Assembly: GCA_947459365.1 (NCBI GenBank) | Contig: CANHDG010000001.1 | Coordinates: 28,566-92,565 of the forward strand | DNA length: 64,000 nt | Direction: 5' to 3' | DNA from: Saprospirales bacterium | GTDB taxonomy: Bacteria; Bacteroidota; Bacteroidia; Chitinophagales; Saprospiraceae | Part shown: one piece after another, positions 16,856-28,226 of the stretch | Numbering within the stretch: the stretch's first letter is position 1 | Layout: every line of letters starts with the position of its first letter | Translations under genes and position numbers: made by a program | Notes under the pieces: model-generated | What the model saw: only the letters and a program-made list of their open reading frames with translations | Database searches by the model: none | What the model was told of the DNA's origin: nothing

Positions 16856-18865
16856 ATGCCAAATCCATTTAACGCCTGTTCCGCCTGTAAAAGGTATTTT
16901 TTAGAGCTCCTTCTGGGTTTGGCTTTTCTGTTACCACAATCCAGCACAGCCCAAACTCCTTTCACCTGCGAAAATCAGTTTTTTTTAACACTTGGTTCTG
17001 AAGCGCCTTCCTCTCTTAACGAGGTCTTAATAGATCCCCAAACAGGAAGCGTAGTCTTTAGTAGTATCAACAGTAGTATTCTTTTGTCCATCAACGCCGC
17101 AGGATACCGATCTACCGATAATTTTATTTACTGCATTGATCCAAGCACTAGAGCCTTAATACGACTAGATGCAAATGGGGGACCCACCATCCTTGCATTC
17201 TTACCACTTAGCTCAACTGTGTCATACTTTGCTGGAGACGTAACCCCAGATGGTAAATTCCTAGTTATTATTGGCACACAGTTCTACGCAAATGGATCAG
17301 CTTTAGCAACCGAAATTGTACGAGTCGATCTAGAAACACCCGGCTACCCGGTAACCACCGTTAACATTAACGTACTAGCACAAATTTTTGATATCGCCTT
17401 TCATCCAGAGACAGATGTGCTATATGGGTACGACTCGTTTACCCAAAGGCTCGTTCGCATCGATTATATTTTTGGGGATATCACGTACCCCGTCCCAGCT
17501 TCCAACGTGCCAGTCGTTACGGGAAGCTTGTTTTTCGATGCCTATGGAAATTTATTCGCTTATGGGAGTCCAACAGCCATCCAAGACCAAAACAGCTTGT
17601 ATAAGATCGATCCAGCTACGGGTACCTCAACGTTTCTTACGCGAGGCCAAACAGCGACCTCATCTGATGGTTGCTCCTGCCCGTATACCATAGAACTAAG
17701 TAAAAGTGTCCTGCCAGAAATCGCTCAACCCTGCACGGAGGTTGAGTACACCTTTACTATGGTAAACTCTTCCCGGCAAATACAATCTGGAGTACGCTTA
17801 GAAGACAATCTTCCTCCCGGCTTCACATTTGTATCAGTATCAGCGAACCCAGTTGGTGGGATCCTACTGTCTCCTCAAGGCAGTACCTCATTTATTCTAG
17901 ATGATTTCATTCTCCCCCCGGGAACATCGGAAGTCAAAATAGTCGTAAATACAGGAAATGTTGCTGCTGGTGTCTACAAAAACCAAGCAGTATTAAAAAA
18001 CTTGCCGGCCTCATTAGGTAATAGGCGATTGTCAGACAACCTAGAAACCCTTGCCATCGATGACAGTACCGCAATCACCATTTCTCGCTTTAACTTCGAT
18101 ACAATAGCCTCGCAAAAAACCCTTTGCTCAGGCATAACATCAATCGAATTAAATGCCGCCCAATCCATTGGACAAACACAATTCGCCGCATCCTACCAAT
18201 GGAGCAGTGGAGAGTCTGGATCAGTCTTAGAAGTGTCCGCCCCAGGACAATATGAGGCAACAGTGATAGCTGGATGCGATACCGCCATCGTAATTTTTCA
18301 GGTTAACTACTCTTCCATTGTGGTCGATGTACTCCAAGATGCGTTTGTAGTTAACCTTGGAGATAGTATTAAATTGCAATCCGTCGCAATTAACAGCGAA
18401 CCAATAACAATCTATCAATGGCTTGATCCACAGCCAGGTTCCATCACCTGCCTAAACTGCGCCGAAACGGTGGCAAGGCCATTTAACGATTTGACTTATA
18501 CCGTTTTTGCTTCCAATGATCTAGGATGCTCTGACTCCGCTTCTATTCAGGTAACAGTCAATAAAAACCGATCCGTCTACTTTCCAAATGTGTTTTCACC
18601 AGATTACTTCGCCGACTCTTTTAATAACTTTTTTTACGGATTTGGTGACGACTATATTGTGGTCGAATCGCTAACTATTTATTCACGGTGGGGTGAAAAA
18701 ATGTTTGAGTCCAGAAATAGCAGGCTAAATGACCCATTCTCCGGATGGGATGGATCCTTCAGGAACCAACCTGCACTCCCAGGTGTATATGTCTGGGTAG
18801 CACAAATAGCCTTCCTCGACGGAAAAAAAGCTACCTACTATGGGGATCTCACATTAATTCGCTAA
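16856..18865 (+). CDS. secreted multi-domain protein with a T9SS type-B C-terminal sorting domain (gliding motility-associated CTD)
   Basis: The C-terminus VYFPNVFSPD...IYSRWGEKMFES...WDGSFRNQPALPGVYVWV...YYGDLTLIR matches the type-B CTD pattern. A signal peptide follows ATG 16856. A DUF11-like repeat lies around LSKSVLPEIAQPCTEVEYTF. Confidence 0.85.
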   Translation: MPNPFNACSACKRYFLELLLGLAFLLPQSSTAQTPFTCENQFFLTLGSEAPSSLNEVLIDPQTGSVVFSSINSSILLSINAAGYRSTDNFIYCIDPSTRALIRLDANGGPTILAFLPLSSTVSYFAGDVTPDGKFLVIIGTQFYANGSALATEIVRVDLETPGYPVTTVNINVLAQIFDIAFHPETDVLYGYDSFTQRLVRIDYIFGDITYPVPASNVPVVTGSLFFDAYGNLFAYGSPTAIQDQNSLYKIDPATGTSTFLTRGQTATSSDGCSCPYTIELSKSVLPEIAQPCTEVEYTFTMVNSSRQIQSGVRLEDNLPPGFTFVSVSANPVGGILLSPQGSTSFILDDFILPPGTSEVKIVVNTGNVAAGVYKNQAVLKNLPASLGNRRLSDNLETLAIDDSTAITISRFNFDTIASQKTLCSGITSIELNAAQSIGQTQFAASYQWSSGESGSVLEVSAPGQYEATVIAGCDTAIVIFQVNYSSIVVDVLQDAFVVNLGDSIKLQSVAINSEPITIYQWLDPQPGSITCLNCAETVARPFNDLTYTVFASNDLGCSDSASIQVTVNKNRSVYFPNVFSPDYFADSFNNFFYGFGDDYIVVESLTIYSRWGEKMFESRNSRLNDPFSGWDGSFRNQPALPGVYVWVAQIAFLDGKKATYYGDLTLIR

Positions 18866-19643
18866 AATAACGCTGATGGACAAACGTATAGTTACGGCAT
18901 GTAGGTTCTTTAGCAACCAATAAATAACCTGACTTTCGTAGTTCCTGAATAGATTCCTCAATTCTACTTAAATAGTTACCATCAAGGTGATTAGAAGCCG
19001 TTTCGTCATATTCTACACAGATAACCCTGATATCAAGTTGATCTTCTAAAATGGTATTTAGTACTGTATATTCAGCTCCTTCAATATCAAGCTTAAGAAG
19101 ATCGACCTTCGTGTGTCCAAGTTGTTGCATCAGAGATGATAAGCGGCATACAGGCACCTCAATATACTGATCTGTCTTTTGAAGATTCACAAGAGAATGC
19201 GAAACGTGAGTTTCGTTTTTAGGCTTGTAAAATCTTAACGTGCTTTCCTCGCTCCACAATCCAATTGGATGAAAGCGTAGAAGCGAGGCAACATCAGATC
19301 GAACAATCGCATACTTACCACCCGGCGCAGTCGATAACGGCATTTCTTTACCCGCTCTTATATTTTCCTTAAGCAATCTAACGTGCTCCTTTGATCGCGG
19401 TGTCGGATCGATAATTTCTACTGTGCACCCAAACTGATCTGCGATCGCCAAATCAAAAGAAACATCTTCCCCTGCACCAACCAAATACACTGCCGACTCG
19501 CTTGTTAAAAAGTTTGCGGGAATAATCCAACCACCATACTCCGTTCCTGGGCGAATTAACGGAATTGTTCGATCTAACTCAATCCCGATTTTTCGCTCTG
19601 TCCACTTGTAAAACTTTGACTTTAACTTCCGTATTATCATCAT
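18849..19643 (-). CDS. FkbM-family SAM-dependent methyltransferase
   Basis: 264 aa. VDLLKLDIEGAEYTVL is the motif typical of FkbM/Methyltransf_21. Its 3' end overlaps the cargo gene by 17 nt (convergent). Confidence 0.85.
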   Translation of the reverse strand: MMIIRKLKSKFYKWTERKIGIELDRTIPLIRPGTEYGGWIIPANFLTSESAVYLVGAGEDVSFDLAIADQFGCTVEIIDPTPRSKEHVRLLKENIRAGKEMPLSTAPGGKYAIVRSDVASLLRFHPIGLWSEESTLRFYKPKNETHVSHSLVNLQKTDQYIEVPVCRLSSLMQQLGHTKVDLLKLDIEGAEYTVLNTILEDQLDIRVICVEYDETASNHLDGNYLSRIEESIQELRKSGYLLVAKEPTCRNYTFVHQRYFSELM

Positions 19644-19657
19644 GGTTCGATTCGCGC

Positions 19658-21508
19658 TTACATTCTTTCCGGCATTTCAATGCCTAATAATTGCATTCCA
19701 GACTTTAAAACGCTTCCGGTAGCCTGACTTAACTGTAGTCTGAATGCTCTTGCAGCAATACTCTCTGCACCTAAAATCTTAACCTCATGCCAAAAACGAT
19801 TATAAGATTTAGCAAGATTAAAACAGTAGTTGGCTAGATGGGAAGGATCATATTCGGCCGCTGCCTGCTGGACAACATCTGGGTACTCGTGTATAGCCTT
19901 TAGAAGCTCCTTTTCACAAGGCTGTATGTCCATATAGCCCGAAAAGGAACTCATATCAATGCTCTCGGTCCTAACCCGTTGAAGCAGCCCATTCGTTCGT
20001 ACAAATGAGTATTGTATGAATGGACCCGTTTGGCCGTGCAAGTCAACCGACTCTTCTGGGTTAAAGATCATTTTCTTTCGAGGATTCACTCTAAGCATAA
20101 AAAACTTAAGTGCACCTAAACCGACCCGTTTTAAAATAGTCTCCCGACCATCTTCACTTATACCAGAAAGCTCACCTCGTTTTTCACTCTCGTCCCGTGC
20201 CACTCGAATCACTTCATCCATTAAATCATCAGCATCTACTACAGTACCTTCTCTTGTCTTCATTCTACCGGTTGGAAGCTCTACCAATCCGTATGAAAGG
20301 TGATAGAGTCCATTTGCATACGGTTCTCCTAAACGCTTTAATACTTCAAAAAGAACAGCAAAATGATAGTTTTGCTCGTCCGCAACCGTATAAATCACAC
20401 TTTCTGCGCCGAAATCTTGGTAACGCTTTCGAGCAGTCCCTATATCTTGCGTAATGTAAACCGAAGTTCCGTCTGACCGTAATAGCACTTTTTGATCATA
20501 TCCAACGTCAGAAAGATCAATCCACACAGACCCATCCTCTTTCTTATAAAAAACGCCTTTGGCCAATCCCTCTTCTACCAGATCCTTACCCAACAAATAG
20601 GTATCACTTTCATAATATAGCTTATCAAATGAAACCCCCATCCGCTCATACGTGTCATCAAAACCAGCATATACCCAACTGTTCATTTGCTTCCAAAGTG
20701 ATAATGTAGCTTCGTCCCCAGACTCCCAATTCAAAAGCATCTCACGCACTTCTGCCCCAAGTACAGAGGCTGTGTTGAACCATTGGTTTTTATATTCCTT
20801 GAAAAACTCTTTTTCACCTTGCTCAGGCTTATGTTTTTCTTCAAAAATAGCTCTTGCTACACTGGTTTGCTGCCACACTTCATACTCTTCTTTGGCCTTC
20901 TGTTCAAATAAAACATAATAATCACCAACAAAATGATCACTTTTAACCCCCTCAGATGCGGGTGTTCTACCCAGTCCATATTTTTGCCAGGCTAACATAC
21001 TCTTGCAAATAGCAACTCCACGATCATTAATTATTTGGACCTTCTTTACATCATACCCTGCAGCATCCAATATCTGGCTACAAGACCAGCCAAGTAGACA
21101 GTTGCGAACGTGACCTAAATGCAAGGGCTTATTGGTATTAGGGGAAGAGTACTCCAATAATACGGTTCGATTATTCCTGGGCTTTTTACCAAAATCAGGG
21201 GTGGAAACCACCTCTCCTAAAAATACATGCCACCACGCATTGCTAATTTCTAAGTTAAGAAACCCTTTTATCACGTTAAATCCAGCCACAGCATCCACTC
21301 GATCTACCAAATAAGCCCCAAGCTCCGCGCCAACAGCGTCAGGAGATTTTTTTGCCATTTTTACGAATGGAAATATAACCACAGTATAATCCCCTGTAAA
21401 CTCCACCGGAGTCGGATTAATTTGAACTTTTTCAGCGCTCACAGACTCTCCGTAAAGCTCCTTAATTGCATTAGTGATGGACGCTTTAATTGTTTCAAGT
21501 AAATTCAT
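19658..21508 (-). CDS. argS: arginine--tRNA ligase
   Basis: 616 aa. SSPNTNKPLHLGHVRN (HIGH region) and an anticodon-binding C-terminus ending MPERM. Confidence 0.97.
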   Translation of the reverse strand: MNLLETIKASITNAIKELYGESVSAEKVQINPTPVEFTGDYTVVIFPFVKMAKKSPDAVGAELGAYLVDRVDAVAGFNVIKGFLNLEISNAWWHVFLGEVVSTPDFGKKPRNNRTVLLEYSSPNTNKPLHLGHVRNCLLGWSCSQILDAAGYDVKKVQIINDRGVAICKSMLAWQKYGLGRTPASEGVKSDHFVGDYYVLFEQKAKEEYEVWQQTSVARAIFEEKHKPEQGEKEFFKEYKNQWFNTASVLGAEVREMLLNWESGDEATLSLWKQMNSWVYAGFDDTYERMGVSFDKLYYESDTYLLGKDLVEEGLAKGVFYKKEDGSVWIDLSDVGYDQKVLLRSDGTSVYITQDIGTARKRYQDFGAESVIYTVADEQNYHFAVLFEVLKRLGEPYANGLYHLSYGLVELPTGRMKTREGTVVDADDLMDEVIRVARDESEKRGELSGISEDGRETILKRVGLGALKFFMLRVNPRKKMIFNPEESVDLHGQTGPFIQYSFVRTNGLLQRVRTESIDMSSFSGYMDIQPCEKELLKAIHEYPDVVQQAAAEYDPSHLANYCFNLAKSYNRFWHEVKILGAESIAARAFRLQLSQATGSVLKSGMQLLGIEMPERM

Positions 21509-21529
21509 GTTCCTAATTACCGTTTGGTA

Positions 21530-22549
21530 TTACAATTGACTTAACATTAGGGCTATTTGATGCGGGTCTCCATGACTAAAATCCAATCTACGAATCTGTG
21601 GAGAAATATTCTGATCGAGACAGTGTTGATATGTTTTATCGTAATATTCCAGAGCCAAAGCCGCAGCTTGAGAAAAATGACCAGCGTCAAGTGCTTCTAA
21701 GGCCTGCTTAAAACGAAGACCACCCAACTTGGGAGCTATCTTTTCAAATGCAATTTTTAGGGCCGGAGTATCCTCCAAAACGTAATCTTTCAATAAATTA
21801 TTAATCCGATCCGCTTGAGGAATTTCAATGTGAAAAAGAGGAGACAACTTCATCTGTTTCCAAAAACCTTCTGGAATATACACCCTACCAATGCTTCGGC
21901 TTTCGTTTTCTACCCAAAGACGCCTATTTAGATCCAAAGACGCTAGATTATCCCATAAAATGTTTTCAAACTGTTCGGGAGTGGGCTGAGGAAGCTCCCC
22001 TATAAACCCAAAAGCAGAGCCCTTATGATTGGCTAAAAATTCTAAGTCTAGTACTTGCTCCCCTAAATCACTTAATGCATTCAAGACCCTTGTCTTTCCC
22101 ACTCCTGTCTTCCCTCCAACAACATTGATTTGAAAAGTAATGGTAGACAGCGAATCAAGTATATATTGGCGATAAGCCTTATAACCACCATTTAAAACAA
22201 CCACTTCAAAACCGGCCTGCTGAAGCAACCAGGCTATACTTCCGCTTCGTTGACCTCCACGCCAACAGTGCACTGCGATTTTTCGATCAGGAGCTAATCT
22301 GATTGCTTTTTTCACAAAATCAGCCATTTTTGGGCCTACAATCTTGAGCCCCAAAAGAAAAGCAGATTCTTTACCAACCTGTTTATATCTAGTTCCAACT
22401 TTTGCACGCTCTTCATTTGAAAAAAGTGGGAACGAAATAGAGCCAGGAATATGCCCCTGTAAGTACTCACCAGGTGAACGCACATCTAGGAATGGGCGAT
22501 TCCGAACCTCTAATAAAAATTCCTTTACCTCCAGTTTCGTAATCCCCAT
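21530..22549 (-). CDS. selU: tRNA 2-selenouridine(34) synthase
   Basis: 339 aa. N-terminal rhodanese with active-site loop HCWRGGQRS, then P-loop GGKTGVGKT. This is the standard SelU/MnmH/YbbB architecture. Confidence 0.9.
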   Translation of the reverse strand: MGITKLEVKEFLLEVRNRPFLDVRSPGEYLQGHIPGSISFPLFSNEERAKVGTRYKQVGKESAFLLGLKIVGPKMADFVKKAIRLAPDRKIAVHCWRGGQRSGSIAWLLQQAGFEVVVLNGGYKAYRQYILDSLSTITFQINVVGGKTGVGKTRVLNALSDLGEQVLDLEFLANHKGSAFGFIGELPQPTPEQFENILWDNLASLDLNRRLWVENESRSIGRVYIPEGFWKQMKLSPLFHIEIPQADRINNLLKDYVLEDTPALKIAFEKIAPKLGGLRFKQALEALDAGHFSQAAALALEYYDKTYQHCLDQNISPQIRRLDFSHGDPHQIALMLSQL

Positions 22550-22555
22550 AGCTAG

Positions 22556-25500
22556 TTAGGATGCACCATGGCAGTGTTTATACTTCTTACCACTCCCACA
22601 CGGACAAGGCTCATTACGTCCGACCAGCGCCTGTTTAACCACTGGTTGTGACCGTGCGGCAGCACTACCACCACCTGCAGATTGAGCAGCGCGCTGAGCA
22701 GCTTGTTGTGTCTCAGTCATTTCTTGCCCCCCACCAGATGTGCGAAGGCGATTTGCCTGTGCACGACGCATATTATTCTCAGGGCGTGGTGCCGAAGCCT
22801 GTTGCGCATCTCCTTCAGAAGGCATAACTAAGGTGCCGCGGAGTAAAAAGGAGGTAACATTGGCATTAATATGACCGATCAAAGACTCAAATAGGTTATA
22901 AGCTTCCATCTTATAAATAACCAACGGATCCTTCTGTTCAAAAGAGGCCCCTTGAACAGACTCTTTCAAATCATCCACATTTCTTAAGTGCTCCTTCCAA
23001 GCATCATCTATCAGTGCCAATGTAGCAACTTTTTCTACATCATGCATAATACTCTTACCCTCCGTCTGGATAGCAATCTCCATATCTGCACTAATATTCA
23101 AACCCAAACTACCGTCTGTAAAGGGTACAACAATACGCTTATACCGATGGGATTCTCTTGAATGTACATCCTTGATGATTGGAAGTAGCCGATCCGCAAC
23201 AAACTGGCGCTTACGTTCGTATTGCTCAAAAACCTGAGCCTGATAAGCTGCCAACACTTCATGAGTGGGCGCTGATTTAAACCAAATCGGATCTAACTGA
23301 GGGTCAATCCCAACAACTCGAATTGAGTCCATTCGAAACGAATCGAAGTCGCCATTCTGTCGATGCGCATCTACCAACTCATGTGTTATGGAAATAAACG
23401 CATTATTGATATCAACTGACAAGCGGTCTCCAAACAAAGCATTGTGGCGTTTTTTATAAATTGCCTCCCGCTGTATGTTCATAACGTCATCGTACTCAAG
23501 TAATCGCTTACGAATCCCAAAATTGTTTTCTTCAACCTTAACCTGTGCACGCTCTATGGACTTGGTAACCATGGAATGTTGAATGACATCCCCCTCTTTG
23601 TGCCCCATTTTATCCATCAGACCAGCAATCCGATCACTTTGAAACAATCGCATGAGTGGATCCTCTAAAGAAACGTAAAACTGCGAAGATCCAGGATCTC
23701 CCTGACGACCCGCACGACCCCTTAACTGTCGATCAACGCGACGAGAATCGTGTCGTTCGGTACCAATGATGGCTAAACCACCCGCCTCTTTAACTCCTAG
23801 GCCAAGCTTAATATCCGTTCCTCGACCAGCCATATTCGTAGCGATCGTAACCTTGCCCGGATGACCAGCCTCTGCAACAATCTCCGCTTCCCGCTGGTGC
23901 TGTTTCGCATTTAATACATTATGGTCGATCCCTCGAAGTTTTAATAATCGCGAAAGCAACTCAGAAATTTCTACAGAAGTAGTTCCAACGAGTACCGGAC
24001 GACCTTCTGCTCTTAAGCGATTAATCTCTTCAATAACCGCATTGTATTTTTCTCGTGCCGTTTTAAAAACTAAATCTTCTTGGTCATTCCTAACAATTGG
24101 ACGATTCGTCGGAATCACCACTACATCCAGTTTATAAATGTCCCATAATTCTTTTGCCTCCGTCTCAGCAGTTCCAGTCATACCTCCCAACTTATGGTAC
24201 ATTCTGAAATAGTTTTGCAGAGTAATCGTGGCGTACGTTTGGGTAATTTCTCCAATTTTTACATTCTCTTTTGCCTCGATTGCCTGATGCAATCCATCAG
24301 AATACCTACGACCTTCCATTACACGCCCCGTCTGCTCGTCTACAATCTTAACCTCTCCTTCTGGAGTAACAATATACTCATTGTCATTTTCAAAAAGCGC
24401 ATAAGCCTTTAACAATTGCTGGATCGCGTGAATTCGACGGCTCTTTATGCCGTAATCCTGAGACAACCGTTCCTTTGCCTCTGCCTTTGAAGGCCCATCC
24501 AAAGCTACGTCCCGGTCAATTTGAACCAACTCAGTGGCAATATCTGGAAGGATAAAGAAAAGCGGATCATTGTTGAACTTAGAAAGATACTCAACACCAT
24601 TGTCTGTAAGTTCAACAGAACGGTTTTTTTCATCAATATGAAACAACAAAGCACGGTCTACCTCTGGCATCCGCTTATTGTTCTCTTGCATATAAATCCC
24701 TTCCGTTTTCTGCAGCAACACCTTCATTCCCTCTTCGCTTAGAAACTTGATGAGCGGTCGAGATTTGGGGAGTGCCCGGTGTGCCCTAAGTAATGCGAAT
24801 CCAGCCTGACCTTCATCTGTTCCCAACTTGCCCTCTGCAAACAATTTTTTTGCCTCATTCAAAAACTGCGTCGCCAGCTTGGACTGCTCCTCATATAAGC
24901 GCTTTACCGTAGGGTTTAGGTCAAAGTATTCCTGATCCTCTGCTCCACGAGTAACCGGACCAGAAATAATTAAAGGTGTCCTCGCATCATCGATTAACAC
25001 AGAATCCACCTCATCCACGATCGCAAAGTGATGCTTACGCTGCACCAACTCGTCAGGACTAATTACCATGTTATCCCGCAGGTAATCAAAACCAAACTCC
25101 GCATTCGTACCAAAAGTAATATCACAGCGGTACGCTGCAATTCGTTCAGGTGAATGCGGGCGATACTTATCAATACAGTCAACGGTTAATAATAAAAACT
25201 CATAAATAGGCCCAACCCATTCACTATCACGACGAGCAAGGTAATCATTCACGGTCACCATATGTACCCCCGAACCAGCAACACCATTCAAGTACGCTGG
25301 CAATGTTGCCACCAACGTCTTACCCTCCCCCGTGGTCATTTCAGCAATCTTACCATCGTGGAGCACCATGCCACCAATCAGTTGAACATCATAGTGAACC
25401 ATATTCCAAATAATTTCTCCTCCAGCAGCCATCCATGTATTCTTCCAAAAAGCCCGATCCCCCTCTATCCGTACATAGGTCTTTCCCGATTTGGATGCCA

Positions 25501-25909
25501 ACAAACGATCATGATCAGTCGCTTGAACCTCAATTTCTTGATTCGAGGAAAAACGACGAGCGGTTTCTTTTACAACGGCAAAAGCTTCTGGTAAAATCTC
25601 TTGTAATATCTCCTCAAGCGCCTTGTCGCGACGCATCTTTATCTCATCTTCTTCTTTGAACAAGTCTTCTTTCAGACCAATGTCCTCCGTAGCCAATGCT
25701 TGCTGGCTAATCTGATCCAGCTCAGCATCTATATCGCTTAAGTAAGACTGAATTTTTTCCCGAAAATCAAGCGTTTTTGACCTCAGCTCATCGTTGGATA
25801 GCGCCTGATAAGAATCAAAATGTTGATTTATTTCAATTACCAAGTTCTGGTATTTGACCAGATCCCGATCTTGTTTAGTGCCAAAGATTTTTTTAAATAT
25901 ACCAAGCAT
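22556..25909 (-). CDS. secA: preprotein translocase ATPase SecA
   Basis: 1117 aa. [33 protein letters not shown] and the C-terminal zinc motif [14 protein letters not shown]. Confidence 0.98.
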   Translation of the reverse strand: MLGIFKKIFGTKQDRDLVKYQNLVIEINQHFDSYQALSNDELRSKTLDFREKIQSYLSDIDAELDQISQQALATEDIGLKEDLFKEEDEIKMRRDKALEEILQEILPEAFAVVKETARRFSSNQEIEVQATDHDRLLASKSGKTYVRIEGDRAFWKNTWMAAGGEIIWNMVHYDVQLIGGMVLHDGKIAEMTTGEGKTLVATLPAYLNGVAGSGVHMVTVNDYLARRDSEWVGPIYEFLLLTVDCIDKYRPHSPERIAAYRCDITFGTNAEFGFDYLRDNMVISPDELVQRKHHFAIVDEVDSVLIDDARTPLIISGPVTRGAEDQEYFDLNPTVKRLYEEQSKLATQFLNEAKKLFAEGKLGTDEGQAGFALLRAHRALPKSRPLIKFLSEEGMKVLLQKTEGIYMQENNKRMPEVDRALLFHIDEKNRSVELTDNGVEYLSKFNNDPLFFILPDIATELVQIDRDVALDGPSKAEAKERLSQDYGIKSRRIHAIQQLLKAYALFENDNEYIVTPEGEVKIVDEQTGRVMEGRRYSDGLHQAIEAKENVKIGEITQTYATITLQNYFRMYHKLGGMTGTAETEAKELWDIYKLDVVVIPTNRPIVRNDQEDLVFKTAREKYNAVIEEINRLRAEGRPVLVGTTSVEISELLSRLLKLRGIDHNVLNAKQHQREAEIVAEAGHPGKVTIATNMAGRGTDIKLGLGVKEAGGLAIIGTERHDSRRVDRQLRGRAGRQGDPGSSQFYVSLEDPLMRLFQSDRIAGLMDKMGHKEGDVIQHSMVTKSIERAQVKVEENNFGIRKRLLEYDDVMNIQREAIYKKRHNALFGDRLSVDINNAFISITHELVDAHRQNGDFDSFRMDSIRVVGIDPQLDPIWFKSAPTHEVLAAYQAQVFEQYERKRQFVADRLLPIIKDVHSRESHRYKRIVVPFTDGSLGLNISADMEIAIQTEGKSIMHDVEKVATLALIDDAWKEHLRNVDDLKESVQGASFEQKDPLVIYKMEAYNLFESLIGHINANVTSFLLRGTLVMPSEGDAQQASAPRPENNMRRAQANRLRTSGGGQEMTETQQAAQRAAQSAGGGSAAARSQPVVKQALVGRNEPCPCGSGKKYKHCHGAS

Positions 25910-25934
25910 GGTTCAGTTCTTGAATTAAAGATCG

Positions 25935-25942
25935 CAAAGTTA
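25935..25942 (-). promoter_or_regulatory. Bacteroidota -7 promoter box for secA
   Basis: The minus strand reads TAACTTTG, 25 nt upstream of the secA ATG. Confidence 0.5.
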
Positions 25943-26064
25943 CGCCTTTGACCACTGTCAACAATCATTCCCCCAGCAAAAAGATGCCACATTGGCAGAG
26001 TTTTTAAGGAAAATATAAAAACTCACCATCAAAATAGTTTATTTTGGCGGTTCGTTTTCTCCTT

Positions 26065-26973
26065 ATGGCACACACTACCTGGATTTATGCAGATGGCTCG
26101 GGCATTAACCATACCGTCGGGCTTTACCATGGAAACACAGATGGACATGTCGCAATCTATTGTGATAAAAAAATAATTCAAATAGATTTTGGCGTTAAAA
26201 CAAGCGAGGTTTACTCCTTTTTCATTGAAGATGAATTATGTGAAATACACCTTGTTCAGCAAAAAAACGGGGTTTTTCATTACAAATTCAAGGTAAACAA
26301 GGTTGTAAACACACCCAAAAACAAGGAAAGAAAACGAATACAACAACTCGAATATAAACAACTCGCGCTATTTGGTGTGGCCTTGATAAGCTTTGTCATA
26401 GGCTTACTACTCTTCCACTATCATCAAAAAAATAATAAAGTGTTTGAAAATAATTACTACTCAACCCATCCTTCTGGCATTACCCAAGACCAACTTTCTC
26501 TGCTCCGTAAATCAGGAAAAATAAGTTTGGCTCGATTCTATATAACACCAGGATCTCCTAAAATAATTTATGCCTTTCAAACCATCCATCAAATCCAAGT
26601 AAGTGCATCCATAAGTGCAAACTCAAACCAACCACTACAATTACCAAGTGGATTTCGCCTTAATGACCAGGATGCATTTGAGGCCATCTACCTCCCGGAT
26701 AACCCACTGGTACATATAATAGACTTTAGGACACCCCACCCAAACACTATCCGAAAGTACATCCTTGCTGCTATTGAAACAGAAAGATACAGCCATCCCC
26801 AAAGTAACAATGGCCGATGTAATTGCATTGTTGAAACCATCCTACAAGAAAAAGGCTGGGAATACCTAGCCCCCATTTGCCAACAAAACGATAGCCCCCA
26901 AGCTCAAAAGAAATATCAGGCGCTACTCCTAAGTGCAAAGGAGCTTCTAAACAAAAAGTGTCCCCCAGATTAA
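26065..26973 (+). CDS. hypothetical single-pass membrane protein
   Basis: The track ORF starts at TTG 26044. ATG 26065 gives MAHTTWIYADGSG. There is one TM helix (LALFGVALISFVIGLLLF). No family recognised. Confidence 0.55.
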   Translation: MAHTTWIYADGSGINHTVGLYHGNTDGHVAIYCDKKIIQIDFGVKTSEVYSFFIEDELCEIHLVQQKNGVFHYKFKVNKVVNTPKNKERKRIQQLEYKQLALFGVALISFVIGLLLFHYHQKNNKVFENNYYSTHPSGITQDQLSLLRKSGKISLARFYITPGSPKIIYAFQTIHQIQVSASISANSNQPLQLPSGFRLNDQDAFEAIYLPDNPLVHIIDFRTPHPNTIRKYILAAIETERYSHPQSNNGRCNCIVETILQEKGWEYLAPICQQNDSPQAQKKYQALLLSAKELLNKKCPPD

Positions 26974-28226
26974 CCTAATAGAAATTGACGCAGCATACTT
27001 AGGGCATAGGTAGAGGTGAGTTGTATGTTTTTCACCCGATCTCTCCCAAAAACAACCCTCTTTGAGTAGGTCTTGGTTCGATCAGCAACAGCCATCCATA
27101 CTGTACCAACCGGCTTATCTGTTGTGCCACCTCCAGGTCCTGCAATTCCAGAAACAGCAATTGCCACATCAACTCCAAGAGCGTCTAAAGCCCTCTCTGC
27201 CATCTCACGTACACACTCCTCGCTCACAGCACCATACGTAGACAACGTGGCAGATTGAACACCCAATATTTTTTCTTTTAACTCATAGGAGTACGCAACC
27301 GCTGAACCATTAAAATAAGCAGAGGCCCCAGCAACCTCCGTGATCTGACTAGCTATATACCCACCAGTACAACTCTCTGCGGTTCCTAGCATTAGGCCCT
27401 TCTCCAACAATATCCTTCCTACAACCACTGGCAAACTCTCTTCTTCAAAGCCGTACACTATTTCCGGAATAAGAGAAACCAATTCCATTTTTTTCTGCTC
27501 CACCTCTTTCTCCAATTGATTACTAGTCTCCTCCATAACAGTTCCATGCCAAACACCTGTAAGTCGCAAACGGACTTGCCCAATACCCGGTAAATAGGCA
27601 AGTTTTATGTGCTCAGGCAAACTATCCTCAAAAGCCTCTAACCGCTTAGCGATCGCACTCTCTCCTTCACATGCCGTCAGTATGGTTCGATGCACAATCG
27701 GCCTTCTTGCAAAACACGTAAGTAATCTAGGTATCACCTCAGAGCGCATTAAATACTCCATCTCAAAGGGCACGCCTGGTAAAGAAATATAAATTTTATT
27801 CTTCTCCTCAAACCACATCCCAGGTGCACTACCAACCTTATTCACTAAGATACGAGCACGAACAGGCAGGGTGGCTTGGTCGCGCATCGAATCTGGAATG
27901 GCCCGTCCAATTTTGTTAAAATACTGCTCAATCAGTGCATAAGTGCCTTCATCAAAGCCCATTTCCGAATTGAAATAGAAGGCAAGCGTTTTCTTCGTAA
28001 CATCATCCTTTGTTGGGCCTAAACCTCCTGTCATTATCACCACATCCGCTACCGCGCTCGCCTGCTCGATGCCTTCTACAATAGCCCTAGCATTATCCCC
28101 AACACTTCCTTTCCCAACTACCTCTATCCCATTTAAATTTAACTCTCGACTCATCCAAGATGAATTCGTGTCAACAATTTGCCCAATTAAAATCTCATCT
28201 CCAATCGTCAATATATATGCTTTCAT
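26970..28226 (-). CDS. cinA: competence/damage-inducible protein CinA (MoCF-binding domain + NMN amidohydrolase PncC domain)
   Basis: 418 aa. MKAYILTIGDEILIGQIVDTNS N-terminus and a C-terminal CinA/PncC domain (TAESCTGG). Confidence 0.93.
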   Translation of the reverse strand: MKAYILTIGDEILIGQIVDTNSSWMSRELNLNGIEVVGKGSVGDNARAIVEGIEQASAVADVVIMTGGLGPTKDDVTKKTLAFYFNSEMGFDEGTYALIEQYFNKIGRAIPDSMRDQATLPVRARILVNKVGSAPGMWFEEKNKIYISLPGVPFEMEYLMRSEVIPRLLTCFARRPIVHRTILTACEGESAIAKRLEAFEDSLPEHIKLAYLPGIGQVRLRLTGVWHGTVMEETSNQLEKEVEQKKMELVSLIPEIVYGFEEESLPVVVGRILLEKGLMLGTAESCTGGYIASQITEVAGASAYFNGSAVAYSYELKEKILGVQSATLSTYGAVSEECVREMAERALDALGVDVAIAVSGIAGPGGGTTDKPVGTVWMAVADRTKTYSKRVVFGRDRVKNIQLTSTYALSMLRQFLLG

